From Candidatus Heimdallarchaeota archaeon (lineage in GTDB: Archaea; Asgardarchaeota; Heimdallarchaeia; Hodarchaeales; Hodarchaeaceae), in the NCBI GenBank assembly GCA_020353515.1, contig CP070695.1:4092291-4128120 (forward strand): 35,830 nt of DNA, in the 5' to 3' direction. Of this stretch, positions 1-10,027 are shown piece by piece. Numbering within the stretch: position 1 is the stretch's first letter; every line of letters begins with the position of its first letter. The notes beneath the pieces were generated by a model that saw only the letters and a list, made by a program, of their open reading frames with translations, did not search any database and was not told where the DNA came from. A program made the position numbers and the translations under genes.

Positions 1-1226
1 ATTTCTCGAATTAAAAATCCTGCTTCTTTCAGTGCAGCACTATATTCTGAAAGAGTTCGATCAAACTGCCAGATAGGTTCCAATGAACCCCATGAAATTA
101 AGGTTCCTCCTGAATCAAAATATCTATCTATCATCACGTAAAGCCGTTCTTCGTTCCGTGATGTATCAAAAGGAAGTCGATAAAACAAATTACTGACTCT
201 AGCAAATACAGGATGTAAATTTGACCAAATGAATCGGCCTTCTAGTTTCAATACGCGAGCAAGTTCTTTAAATGCCTGTTTGTAATGTAAAATATCTACA
301 AACACGATATTTGAAATAATTAAATCAAATTGGTCATCATCTATTTGGTGCAGATCTTCCAAAGAGCAAGCATGATAATCGATTCCTAATTGTTGTTGCT
401 TTTCTTTATTCTTGCAATAATCAATAAACACCTTTGATTGGTCAACTCCTGTCACTAAAGCACCCCTTAACGCAAGAGCTCTACTGAAATACCCATTACC
501 ACATCCAGCATCAAGAACAGATAGGTTATTTACCTCTCCGATCAATTTCCACAATGCAGGATCAATAATCAACTGTCGATTTATATCCCCAATATCATCT
601 TGAGAGGTGTGGTTCACCAGATCTATCCACTGTTTACTTGTCTGTTCCCACTGTTTTCGAACCTCTGTTTGATTTATTGCAGCTTGGTCTAATAGAGGAG
701 AATGGAATTTAACTGATCCAACACGGTTCGACATTTTCTTTCTCTTCGAAAAGACAGTATTAGGGATTTTGAGCGCTTCATCCACTGTGATCTTCTTACC
801 CCTTCTAACTTTCTCAGGCTTCCATTTCATTAAATCTAAATCTTTAGATTCCACAGGATGAGTGTATTTTTCCATATCTAACTGCCATGGATGTTTTCCT
901 TGAAACTCTGAGTAGTACAAATCAAAATGAGGCTCATTACAATTCGAGCATTTGAAGGAATAGGTATATGTGGTATTCCAAAAGGTAATAGGGTGAAGGA
1001 CTGGTTTGTTGCAATCCCCACAGATTAATTCCTGCTTATTTTCACACCAATAAAGCCAGCTAAAGTGCTGGAATTTTTCACATCGTGAGCACTGGAATTG
1101 GGAATGTAATGTACATCTAAACGCAGTATCATCCACTGAAAAATAGCCTGATCGAACGGGATACGTCGATTCATATTTCCTGATGATCTTACAATAAAAA
1201 CACTCTGAACTTGCCTGTGAATCCAT
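1..1226 (-). CDS. Class I SAM-dependent methyltransferase with N-terminal multi-zinc-finger region (3' end runs off the window)
   Basis: Hand-translated and absent from the ORF track. ATG at 1226 follows GAGG. The frame is open to position 1 (~408 codons). It begins MDSQASSECFYC...CTLH...CSRC...CGDC...CSNCNEPH, then shows motif I VLDAGCGNGY, VTGVD, FDLIISN and ELARVLKLEGRF. Confidence 0.88.
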   Translation of the reverse strand, partial: MDSQASSECFYCKIIRKYESTYPVRSGYFSVDDTAFRCTLHSQFQCSRCEKFQHFSWLYWCENKQELICGDCNKPVLHPITFWNTTYTYSFKCSNCNEPHFDLYYSEFQGKHPWQLDMEKYTHPVESKDLDLMKWKPEKVRRGKKITVDEALKIPNTVFSKRKKMSNRVGSVKFHSPLLDQAAINQTEVRKQWEQTSKQWIDLVNHTSQDDIGDINRQLIIDPALWKLIGEVNNLSVLDAGCGNGYFSRALALRGALVTGVDQSKVFIDYCKNKEKQQQLGIDYHACSLEDLHQIDDDQFDLIISNIVFVDILHYKQAFKELARVLKLEGRFIWSNLHPVFARVSNLFYRLPFDTSRNEERLYVMIDRYFDSGGTLISWGSLEPIWQFDRTLSEYSAALKEAGFLIRE

Positions 1227-1280
1227 GAAACTGATCCTCTCAATGGATATCTTTTATTCTTGTGATCTAGGTAATTTTCA

Positions 1281-2288
1281 TTATTGCTGACTTATACGGA
1301 TAATGACTTCATTATCCATGAAAGGTCCACTTGGGAATCCATAGAACTCGGATTGAGCATTTTGGAATGTATCTAAAAAGGAAACTTCCCATTCCTTCTC
1401 CTCCCCATTGAATGTAACATTCACAGCAAAGTATGCTTCTGATGTTCGTTCAGATTGGAAAATTTTGTAATCTAATGTTTGTCTGGCTTCTTTAACAACC
1501 GAATTAACGATTGTAATATTCCAAGCTGTCTGATTATATGAAAGAGATGCATAATTGTATGTTTTTATGATGTCTTGTGTCAATTGGTTGACCAAACTTA
1601 TTGAAATCTCATTCTCGTCTTCGGTGTACATCCATCTGAATAGGGGAATAATTTCAGGTTTGGTGGATATTGGGGATTGAATGACCATTGTATTGACTTG
1701 AAGAGATCCATATACAACTATTAAGAGAACAAAAAGCATGCTGATTGATCTAGCTGACTTCTTAAAGTGTAAGAACGAATAAGTGCTTGAGTCGATATAT
1801 TTGTTGTAACTTAAGCGAAGAACAATCAGACCAGACAGCACTGATATCAATGGATCCACAACTGAAATTAGGTTAAGGGCTATTCGTTGCTCGCTTAAGG
1901 GGTAGAAGAGAAGTATTCCATTATACGATATAACATCCAATAATAAATGTAAAAATACACCAAAAACCCCCCATAAAAGGCTACGATAATTTAGTTCAGT
2001 ATGTATCGCTTTAAATGGTTCATCTAGTCTTTGGGCGAAATTTATTTTACTTAAAAATTGGGTTGAAACGATTATTGCACCAGCAATGAAAGGAGCAGCA
2101 ATCACTGTATGAAATAATCCACGGTGTTGTAAAATAAATAGTTGAGGAATTATGAATGGAATCCAAGCAATTATTACATCCAGATCAGGAACGATTCCCC
2201 CTAAGATACATGCACGCTGTGAGTTTTCATCTTGACTCAGTTGATTTGCTACTGCTGCATTTACAACTATATGCAAAAAAATGTCCAT
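1281..2288 (-). CDS. Membrane-bound metal-dependent hydrolase (YdjM-like family)
   Basis: N-terminal His, GGIVPDLD, HRGLFHT and HLLLD motifs; several hydrophobic segments. Confidence 0.82.
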   Translation of the reverse strand: MDIFLHIVVNAAVANQLSQDENSQRACILGGIVPDLDVIIAWIPFIIPQLFILQHRGLFHTVIAAPFIAGAIIVSTQFLSKINFAQRLDEPFKAIHTELNYRSLLWGVFGVFLHLLLDVISYNGILLFYPLSEQRIALNLISVVDPLISVLSGLIVLRLSYNKYIDSSTYSFLHFKKSARSISMLFVLLIVVYGSLQVNTMVIQSPISTKPEIIPLFRWMYTEDENEISISLVNQLTQDIIKTYNYASLSYNQTAWNITIVNSVVKEARQTLDYKIFQSERTSEAYFAVNVTFNGEEKEWEVSFLDTFQNAQSEFYGFPSGPFMDNEVIIRISQQ

Positions 2289-2334
2289 GTTAAATTGATT
2301 TTTTCAAATAATTAATATATTGTTATTCACTTTT

Positions 2335-2454
2335 TTATCGAAGGCAATATTTTGGTAACTTCTCTTGACTCATCACGTCCAAGAGTAAATGAAACAGATA
2401 GCCAAGACTAAAGCCTAATATAAGATAAGTGAACATAGATTGCTGCCCAATCTG
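2335..2454 (-). pseudogene. 3' remnant of a paralog of the small YdjM-like gene at 5860..6204
   Basis: The frame reads QIGQQSMFTYLILGFSLGYLFHLLLDVMSQEKLPKYCLR*. It has 22 of 33 residues identical to NQSIFTYLLLRFILGYLSHLLLDTTSQKRLPRY. An in-frame TAG lies upstream at 2464-2466, and the 5' two-thirds of the gene is missing. Confidence 0.8.
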
Positions 2455-2477
2455 TAAATGATCCTATTCGACTTGGT

Positions 2478-3467
2478 TTATTTGGGAAAATCAGCGGGTT
2501 GTATGGGATTGATCCTCCTTCGAAGATAGAAATAATATATGATAATACCAATTAACACAATGGTTAAATACTGTAGATTCAAACCAGGTGTTGTTCCACT
2601 TGGTAATCTAAAATCCATCCATCCTCTTTTATATATTTGTTCTGTAAGAAAATCTTCAACTACATTATAAATCGCATAACCGAATCCAAATCCCGTTATT
2701 GCTCCTAAGCTCTGCCGAACTCTATCGTCAACGATTGCAGGAAGAATCCACATTGTAGCAATCCATAGGAATACAATAATGAGAAATCCTTCTGTTCCGT
2801 GATGAGTCCCAATATGCACTGCATTTGGATAATTTGGTTCTGGTTCTTGCAGGGTTGATTGTCGTGCCCAAAAAATGATACCTAATATTGGGAAATCTGA
2901 AATATAAAAACCTAATTGTGCAAAAATCCAAGGAAGGGAAAGAAAAATAACTAAACCTAATAAAGAATATTCTAAATAATGGGGTCTTGTAATCATTTCT
3001 TGATAGATCTTGTAATTAATTGAAGTCTTTCGAAGATAATAAGCGATAAGTAATAGAACCAAAGCAATAATGAAATTTAATATTGCTATTATAGGAGGTA
3101 AAATGCCCGTTATGTTAAAAGCAATCTCAATTTGGAGGAGAAGTACACCAAGAGCGCCAATAGACCAAATAATCTGGATTCTTCCTTTATTTGGAAAAGC
3201 TTCATCGTATTGTATGAAAGTGTAAGCGATTACAAGAATGGTGATTACGGCAATTAACTGATAAGCTCCATCTAGTTCAGTTAAATATTTATTAAAAGCG
3301 TTAACTAATGAACCATAATGATTAGAAGGTTCATGGACCATATCATTGGCTTGAGTAAATGTGTGAGTCATTAAAATCGCAATGACATTGAGCATGTAAA
3401 TTATAATTATCATAAAAAAGGCTAAGATTACTTTCTGTTGTGAGGTTGATTTTTCAGGTTGTTTCAA
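2478..3467 (-). CDS. Multi-pass membrane protein of unknown function
   Basis: 329-aa ORF with about 8 hydrophobic segments and polar motifs HIGTHHGTEG and EDFLTEQIYKRGW. The TTG start is uncertain. Confidence 0.75.
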   Translation of the reverse strand: MKQPEKSTSQQKVILAFFMIIIIYMLNVIAILMTHTFTQANDMVHEPSNHYGSLVNAFNKYLTELDGAYQLIAVITILVIAYTFIQYDEAFPNKGRIQIIWSIGALGVLLLQIEIAFNITGILPPIIAILNFIIALVLLLIAYYLRKTSINYKIYQEMITRPHYLEYSLLGLVIFLSLPWIFAQLGFYISDFPILGIIFWARQSTLQEPEPNYPNAVHIGTHHGTEGFLIIVFLWIATMWILPAIVDDRVRQSLGAITGFGFGYAIYNVVEDFLTEQIYKRGWMDFRLPSGTTPGLNLQYLTIVLIGIIIYYFYLRRRINPIQPADFPK

Positions 3468-3620
3468 AACTAAATCTTCCTAAACAATTGCTTTTTGTTG
3501 GAATATCTTGGAACTTTTTGATTCTTCTCATTACAGAGATTGTAATCCTATTCTAGCTAAAAGATAGCCAATAAAATATTTGAATAAGACCGAAAATTAA
3601 TCTGGAAAGAGGTCTTTAAA

Positions 3621-4448
3621 ATGTCAAATGAAAACAAGTTCGAACATATAACAATAGAAAAAGAAGAGAAAGGTAATTTTGCAGTAATATCAATAAACCG
3701 ACCTGAAAAGTTAAATGCGCTCCATATCCAAACATTAAAGGAAATTACTGAAGCATTAGAAACGGTAGAAGTCGACCAGAGTGTTCGATGTGTTGTATTA
3801 CGTGGAATTAGGGAATATACAAAGAAACCTGCTTTCTCGGCTGGAGCAGACCTCTCTGATAGGAGAAGTGCCGATCTTGATCCAACTAGTCTAAGACATC
3901 AAAGCCATGCCATGTATCGCAGACATAAATACTACAATTTAATTGAGGAGTTTCCTAAGCCAATCATCGCTGCTATTGATGGATATGCTTTGGGTGGCGG
4001 TTTTGAATTAGTTTTAGTGTGTGATATATCGATTGCTTCAAAACGCTCAATATTTGGATTTCCTGAAATTCAACGAGGTATTTTTCCAGCAAATGGTGGT
4101 ACTCAACGATTAGTCCGGAATGTTGGTAAGATGAGGGCAAAGAGAATGTTATTTTTTGGTGAGCATTATTCCGCTGAACAGATGTTTGAGTGGGGGGTTA
4201 TTTCTTATGTGGTAGATGATGATGAATTTGAGAATTTTGTCCACAAAAAAGCATCGTGGTTAGGAAATGCTGCTACAAACAGTTTATTTCTAATTAAGAA
4301 AAGTATTGATTATGGAACTCAAACACCACTTAATATAGGCCTCCAATTTGAGCAGATGGGTTATGCAATAAACACACGTAGTGAGGACGTTGCTGAAGGC
4401 GTTTCAGCGTTTCTTGAAAAAAGAACTCCAAAGTTCCAAGGAAAATAA
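3621..4448 (+). CDS. Enoyl-CoA hydratase/isomerase (crotonase family)
   Basis: INRPEKLNAL, AFSAGADL, KPIIAAIDGYALGGGFEL and FPEI (both catalytic Glu present); C-terminal AFLEKRTPKF; GAGG upstream. Confidence 0.95.
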   Translation: MSNENKFEHITIEKEEKGNFAVISINRPEKLNALHIQTLKEITEALETVEVDQSVRCVVLRGIREYTKKPAFSAGADLSDRRSADLDPTSLRHQSHAMYRRHKYYNLIEEFPKPIIAAIDGYALGGGFELVLVCDISIASKRSIFGFPEIQRGIFPANGGTQRLVRNVGKMRAKRMLFFGEHYSAEQMFEWGVISYVVDDDEFENFVHKKASWLGNAATNSLFLIKKSIDYGTQTPLNIGLQFEQMGYAINTRSEDVAEGVSAFLEKRTPKFQGK

Positions 4449-4498
4449 CACGATTAAATCTTTTTCAAAAAGAGTCACAGGTAAACAGTGAGAATAAA

Positions 4499-5794
4499 AT
4501 GAATTTAAAAGAAGTTTGGCTTATTGATTATGCTCGAACAGCATTTTCTCGATCTAGACCAAATCAACCTGAACGAGATGTTTTTGGTGAGATCAGAGGA
4601 GACGAATTACTCGCTCAATTATTGATGAAATTTTTTGATGGGAAGTTAGCTGAAAAAGGAATCACAAGAAATGATATTGAAGAGGTTTCTGTTGGAGTTG
4701 CATCAGGAGTATTAGAAAATTGGACTTATGGAGGAAAAATTCCTCTTTATTTGGCAGGATTTCCGAATAAGGTTTCCTCATTTTTTATAGATAAACAATG
4801 TGCCTCCGCTGGTGCAGGAATGCATATGTTGGCGATGGAAATAATGACAGGATATACCAACTGTGTATTAGCGACTGGTTTTGAACATATGACACGAGTA
4901 AGAAGAATTGGAATAGATCCAGCTATAGAGAGATATATGGATGAAAGCAGTATATTTTACCATCCTGAATATGATATGCAAAATTCTGTCAATATGCTAC
5001 AAACAGCACAAAGATTATATGAAGAGGAGATACCAAAATTTACCAAGGAAGACTTAGATAAATTTGGTGTAAGATCACACAATTTAACAATAAAGAGTCA
5101 AGAAGAAAAGTGGTTTACATCTGGGATGAACGGTGGAGAAATCATCCCAATTGAAGGACATGTTGAAGGAAATGTTAACGAGCCAATGATGGTAGAAAGG
5201 GACATGGCTGCAAGAAAATCGACTTTGGAGGGAGTTGCTGGATTACGGAGAATAACCACTCCATTCTACTTAGAGAAAAATGGCGGAAAAAAAGGATATA
5301 TTGAAAGGGAAGGTACTACAGAAGGAGTAATAACTGCGGGAAACTCATCTCCTCTTAATGCAGGGGCTACAGCAGCCATTCTTATGGAAGCAGAAGAAGC
5401 AAAAAAGAGAGACTTGGAACCAATGGCCCGAATAATTTCAATTGGTTGGGGAGGAGTCGATCCTCGAGTTATGGGCCGAGGACCTGTTCCTGCTACTCGT
5501 AAAGCACTAGAACATGCAAATTTAACTGCTGAAGATATTGATTTTTGGGAGATAAATGAAGCATTTTGTATAGTCGCCTTGAATTGTATGGATAAATTTA
5601 ATATTCCTGAGGAAAAAGTTAATATTAAGGGAGGATCAACTGCAATTGGTCATCCATTAGGTGCAACAATGATTCGTCTTACAGGGACTTTGGCACGAAT
5701 ATTAAAAGAGAAGAAAGGTAGATACGGTGTAGCTAATGCATGTGTGGGAGGAGGCCAAGGATTGGCAACTATCATTGAAAATCTAAACGCTTAA
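4499..5794 (+). CDS. Acetyl-CoA acyltransferase (thiolase)
   Basis: DKQCASAG (acyl-Cys), TAGNSSPLNAGA, EINEAF, AIGHPLGAT and ACVGGGQG. Confidence 0.96.
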   Translation: MNLKEVWLIDYARTAFSRSRPNQPERDVFGEIRGDELLAQLLMKFFDGKLAEKGITRNDIEEVSVGVASGVLENWTYGGKIPLYLAGFPNKVSSFFIDKQCASAGAGMHMLAMEIMTGYTNCVLATGFEHMTRVRRIGIDPAIERYMDESSIFYHPEYDMQNSVNMLQTAQRLYEEEIPKFTKEDLDKFGVRSHNLTIKSQEEKWFTSGMNGGEIIPIEGHVEGNVNEPMMVERDMAARKSTLEGVAGLRRITTPFYLEKNGGKKGYIEREGTTEGVITAGNSSPLNAGATAAILMEAEEAKKRDLEPMARIISIGWGGVDPRVMGRGPVPATRKALEHANLTAEDIDFWEINEAFCIVALNCMDKFNIPEEKVNIKGGSTAIGHPLGATMIRLTGTLARILKEKKGRYGVANACVGGGQGLATIIENLNA

Positions 5795-5859
5795 ATGAAT
5801 TGAGAATTATTAAAAAAACTTTAACTCGAAATCTGACATATTTTCGTTAATAACAGAAG

Positions 5860-6204
5860 TTAGTATCTGGGTAGTCTTTTTTGACTCGTTGTATCCAGGA
5901 GTAAATGAGACAAATAACCAAGAATAAACCTTAATAGAAGATAAGTGAATATAGATTGATTTCCAACAATTAAAAAAAGAAACAGAACAGTCAAAATTAA
6001 TAGAACTACAACAGAATGAAAAACGCGCCTACTCTCCTCACCATGAGGATTTTCGATCAGATTAGGCACCACTGAACCGAAAACAGTGAGGCCTATGAAG
6101 ATTATATACAAGATAAAATCAAAATATTCAATGAAACTCTGCTCGTATACCCCCGCGAGTAAAGCAATGACAAATCCCATTATCATATGCTCCTCATTTT
6201 TCAT
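5860..6204 (-). CDS. Small YdjM-like membrane metal-dependent hydrolase homolog with partly degenerate motifs
   Basis: N-terminal His, GSVVPN (usually PD), SRRVFHS (usually HRxxxHS) and GYLSHLLLD; 3-4 TM segments. Confidence 0.72.
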   Translation of the reverse strand: MKNEEHMIMGFVIALLAGVYEQSFIEYFDFILYIIFIGLTVFGSVVPNLIENPHGEESRRVFHSVVVLLILTVLFLFLIVGNQSIFTYLLLRFILGYLSHLLLDTTSQKRLPRY

Positions 6205-6213
6205 AATATCATC

Positions 6214-7143
6214 CTATGAGCTGATGAACATCAAGTCCCCTTCTTCCTCCTGTACTTCTTTTAAGATTTGTTTATACCAAAAGCGTGTTAATCTTTCGAT
6301 GGTTCCTGTGTGGTAGGGTCCTCCCTCAATCCAGGATTTACGGGATTTTCCAGGATGATCTGGATACTCTTGCTTAAAGATCTGTTTTTCAGGAATACCT
6401 TGTACTTTATATTCCCGTAATTTGTCCAAATACGCTTCCATCCATTTCCTGAGCTGAATTAAATAATCTTTTCCGACTACTGGACCACGATTAGGAACAA
6501 TTCTATCGATTTCTAATTCTTCCCATTTACGATACAGATTCACCCCCGTAATCGGCCATATAAAAGGCGGTGAAAAGCTCTGAATGACGTTTCCTGAAAA
6601 GAGAACTTTATCCATGGGACAGTAAATGGAGACTGCTCCTGCTATTGTTACTTCCAGTTCTAAAGGATAAATATCTGAGCCTAACCAGTTATTTTTTGAA
6701 AACCCAGTTGTAGGAACAAAAATACCATATTTCATCAGACTCTCATGGACTTTATTATCTTCTGGGACTTGGCGGATAATCCATTCTCTGTATGAAACAT
6801 CTACTCCCTGTTTTATATTTGTTCGAATACCTGATTTTGTTACGGATGAACTAACAACAGTCACATCCTTAAATGCCTCCATTCCCCAGATTATATCCCA
6901 CGATTTAGTTGTTAGGATTAAATGCGAGGTTTTCTTCTCTGTCCGTTCTTCCATATCCTTCCTGAATTTCAGGGCTAGATCAGCATGTGGACTAGAATTG
7001 ACAAAGATTAATTCTTCTGGAAGGATAATACAACTCATATTAGAGTAAAAATATGGTCTAATTAGCGTTTCTGTTTCCTCAGTCATCAATGCAGTCATAA
7101 TAATATTTGGTGTAACCTCAATGTAGTTTAGGTCTGTTGACAT
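6214..7143 (-). CDS. Metallo-beta-lactamase-fold protein, predicted catalytically inactive
   Basis: The motif order fits the MBL fold (SNMSCI..LIFVNS, HLILTTKSWDIIWG, KVLFSGN, IVPNRGPV), but the His/Asp metal ligands are substituted. Confidence 0.75.
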   Translation of the reverse strand: MSTDLNYIEVTPNIIMTALMTEETETLIRPYFYSNMSCIILPEELIFVNSSPHADLALKFRKDMEERTEKKTSHLILTTKSWDIIWGMEAFKDVTVVSSSVTKSGIRTNIKQGVDVSYREWIIRQVPEDNKVHESLMKYGIFVPTTGFSKNNWLGSDIYPLELEVTIAGAVSIYCPMDKVLFSGNVIQSFSPPFIWPITGVNLYRKWEELEIDRIVPNRGPVVGKDYLIQLRKWMEAYLDKLREYKVQGIPEKQIFKQEYPDHPGKSRKSWIEGGPYHTGTIERLTRFWYKQILKEVQEEEGDLMFISS

Positions 7144-7163
7144 AAAATCAATTCCAAGCTCTT

Positions 7164-10025
7164 CTAAAGATACTCCCTCAGGTATTGACCAGTATAAGAT
7201 TCCTGTACTTTACTTACCTCTTCTGGTGTACCTGCAGTGACAAGATACCCTCCTTCACTTCCTCCTTCTGGCCCAAGATCAATAATGTAATCTGCCATTT
7301 TAATGATATCAAGATTGTGTTCAATCACAATAACACTATTTCCCGCGTCGATGAGCTTATTTATAGTATATAGAAGTTTCTTTATGTCAGCTAGATGGAG
7401 ACCTATGGATGGTTCATCAAAAACATACAGATTGTGTTCATGACGTTTTAATTTACCCAGTTCATTGGCTAATTTTATCCGTTGCGCTTCTCCTCCACTA
7501 AGTGTTGTCGAAGACTGGCCCAGCTTGAGATAACCAAGTCCAAGATCATTCATGACTTTTAATTTGTGGTGAATTAAACGGACATCTTTAAAGACGGTTA
7601 AAGCCTTCTCAACGGGAAAATCTAGGATTTCTGCAATATTATATCCTTGATACTCAATTTCTAATATTTCAGATCTGAATCGCTTTCCCTTACATATAGG
7701 ACACAATGTTCGGACATCAGGCATGAATTGTAATTGTGTCACAATTTCACCTGTACCTTCACATTCTTCACAACGTCCTGAATCTTTTGAATTATAACTG
7801 AATGTAGTTTTTGTATAAGCACGTTTCTTGGATTCAGGAAGTTTTGAGAATATTTCTCTAATCTTATCATAAAATCCAACATATGTTGCTGGATTGGAGC
7901 GTGAGGTTCTTCCTATGGGGGACTGGTCCATAATTCTCACATCTTTGAGGTGTTCTAGGCCTTCAATGTTCCTATGTTTTCCAGCTGTGACCCTTCGATC
8001 ACGGAAACGTGAAATAAGCTTATTCGTTAAAATATCACTTACTAAACTGCTTTTTCCTGAACCTGATACTCCAGTAACACAAATTAACATACCTAATGGA
8101 ATTTTCACATCAATATCCTTGAGATTATTTTCTGATGCTCCAGAGACTGTTATATAATCACCATTAATTGGTCTCCTCTTTTTTGGTGTCTTGATGATCT
8201 TTTTCTTTGAGAGATATTGTCCTGTAATCGAGTTAGAACATTTTTTGATTTCCTCTACGGTTCCCTCTGCAACAATTTCTCCACCATTATCCCCAGAACC
8301 AGGACCTAGATCCACAATCCAATCAGCAGCCTCCATCATCTCAGTATCATGTTCAACAACAATCACTGTATTCCCAATATCCCTTAATTTTTTAAGAGTA
8401 TTGATGATCCGAAAGTTATCTCGATGATGGAGGCCAATACTCGGTTCATCCAAGATATAAAGCATCCCCATTAATCCTGAACCTATCTGAGTGGACATTC
8501 TAACCCGTTGGATTTCCCCACCTGATAAAGTGTGGGCATTCCTGTTTAAACTGACATAACCAACACCAATTTCACAGAGAAGGTCTAATCGCTTTTTAAT
8601 CTCTTCAATTATTGGTTCTTCAATATGTTTACGTTCCTTATCTACTGATAAGGTATCTAAAAAAGATCTGAGCTCAGTTAAAGTCATATCACCAAGCTCG
8701 TGGATATTTTTTCCATTTAAACGTACTAGTAATCGTTGTGAGAGCAGTTTTGCCCCCTGACAATCAGGACAAATGACCTCTGTCATGCCCCTAAAGTAGA
8801 TGTGATCGTCCATGGTTCTTGCAGATCGGCGAGCTTCATTTCGGACTCTTTCTTTGTACCAACGATTAATGGGAGGAATCAGACCTTCAAAAGCTACTTT
8901 TTTACCTACATTCGAAAAAGTTTGTTCTAGGTCATCGGGTTGTTGAAGCACAAATTTTTCTCCTCCTGTACCATAGAATATAATATCACGATATTCTGCT
9001 TTTAAATCTCTGAATGGAGTATCGAGACTAAAATTATAATGTTTGGCTAAGCTCCAAATCACTAGATATTTAAAAGGGTGTTTTAGAGTAAAAATATTCT
9101 CATTGATAGCTCCTTTCCGAATACTTTTGCCTTCTTTCTCAATGATTAACCATGGAACAGCCCTCCGATATACCCCAAGACCACGACATGTTAAACAAGC
9201 ACTATCACCTTCATTAGGAGAGAAATACCATGGTAATAGTTCACCCATTACGAGATGATGATCTGGACATGCGAAATCTTGGTAAAAAGCCGTATAATTC
9301 TCATCCTTTTCTGGAATATGGATCTTAATGTATCCTTCTCCAATTCTCTGACATTCTCGAACTGTATCTAACATAATCTGGTGGAGATCGGAGTTGACTT
9401 CAAATTTATCAATGAAAGCTTCAATATGATAGTCCTTCTTCTCATCAAGGGCTATCTGATCTCCAACATCGAATTCCTGTCCATCGATAAGGATTTTACC
9501 AATCCCTTTTCTTCGCAGGGAATCAAATAAGTACCGATAATCTTCATCGTAGATTTTGAAAACTGGGGCATAAATTTCAACCATAGTATTTTGAGGTAGG
9601 GATAGTAAGTTCTCTACGATCTGATTTGCATTCTTTACTGAGACCTCTTGGTCACAATAAGGACAATGTGCCTTCCCTTTCGTTGCATAAAGAAGACGAA
9701 GATAGGTTGATATATCTGTTAACGTTCCCACAGTAGAACGATAGTTCCGTAAACTCTGATGTTGTTCAATAGACACAACAGCTGATAATCCAAATATGAA
9801 ATCAACATCAGGCCTTCGAACTTGAACGACTCGTGATCTTGCATACGTCGATAACGATTCGAGGAAAAGTCTCTGTCCTTCACCAAAGATTACATCAAAA
9901 GCAAGGCTAGATTTTCCTGATCCACTTACACCAGTTACTACAGTTAATTGGTTCCTGGGTATTTTCACATTGATATCCTTAAGATTATTTTGACGAGCTC
10001 CAATCACTTCAATTGTGTTTCTCAT
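7164..10025 (-). CDS. uvrA: UvrA-family ABC ATPase (excinuclease ABC subunit A homolog)
   Basis: GARQNNLK; two Walker [10 protein letters not shown]; two LSGGE; [10 protein letters not shown] and [10 protein letters not shown]; Zn sites CPYC/CPDH, CLTC/CPDC and CEEC/CPIC; [16 protein letters not shown]. At 953 aa it includes the segment corresponding to the UvrB-binding domain. Confidence 0.95.
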   Translation of the reverse strand: MRNTIEVIGARQNNLKDINVKIPRNQLTVVTGVSGSGKSSLAFDVIFGEGQRLFLESLSTYARSRVVQVRRPDVDFIFGLSAVVSIEQHQSLRNYRSTVGTLTDISTYLRLLYATKGKAHCPYCDQEVSVKNANQIVENLLSLPQNTMVEIYAPVFKIYDEDYRYLFDSLRRKGIGKILIDGQEFDVGDQIALDEKKDYHIEAFIDKFEVNSDLHQIMLDTVRECQRIGEGYIKIHIPEKDENYTAFYQDFACPDHHLVMGELLPWYFSPNEGDSACLTCRGLGVYRRAVPWLIIEKEGKSIRKGAINENIFTLKHPFKYLVIWSLAKHYNFSLDTPFRDLKAEYRDIIFYGTGGEKFVLQQPDDLEQTFSNVGKKVAFEGLIPPINRWYKERVRNEARRSARTMDDHIYFRGMTEVICPDCQGAKLLSQRLLVRLNGKNIHELGDMTLTELRSFLDTLSVDKERKHIEEPIIEEIKKRLDLLCEIGVGYVSLNRNAHTLSGGEIQRVRMSTQIGSGLMGMLYILDEPSIGLHHRDNFRIINTLKKLRDIGNTVIVVEHDTEMMEAADWIVDLGPGSGDNGGEIVAEGTVEEIKKCSNSITGQYLSKKKIIKTPKKRRPINGDYITVSGASENNLKDIDVKIPLGMLICVTGVSGSGKSSLVSDILTNKLISRFRDRRVTAGKHRNIEGLEHLKDVRIMDQSPIGRTSRSNPATYVGFYDKIREIFSKLPESKKRAYTKTTFSYNSKDSGRCEECEGTGEIVTQLQFMPDVRTLCPICKGKRFRSEILEIEYQGYNIAEILDFPVEKALTVFKDVRLIHHKLKVMNDLGLGYLKLGQSSTTLSGGEAQRIKLANELGKLKRHEHNLYVFDEPSIGLHLADIKKLLYTINKLIDAGNSVIVIEHNLDIIKMADYIIDLGPEGGSEGGYLVTAGTPEEVSKVQESYTGQYLREYL

Positions 10026-10027
10026 CT

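Noticed and set aside
1025-1243. 72-aa ORF in the track
   Set aside because: It is an alternate frame overlapping the real Zn-finger methyltransferase gene that starts at 1226.
3480-3600. FIGYLL and NQKVPRY fragments resembling another YdjM-like remnant
   Set aside because: The fragments are short, in different frames, and lack the HLLLD motif.
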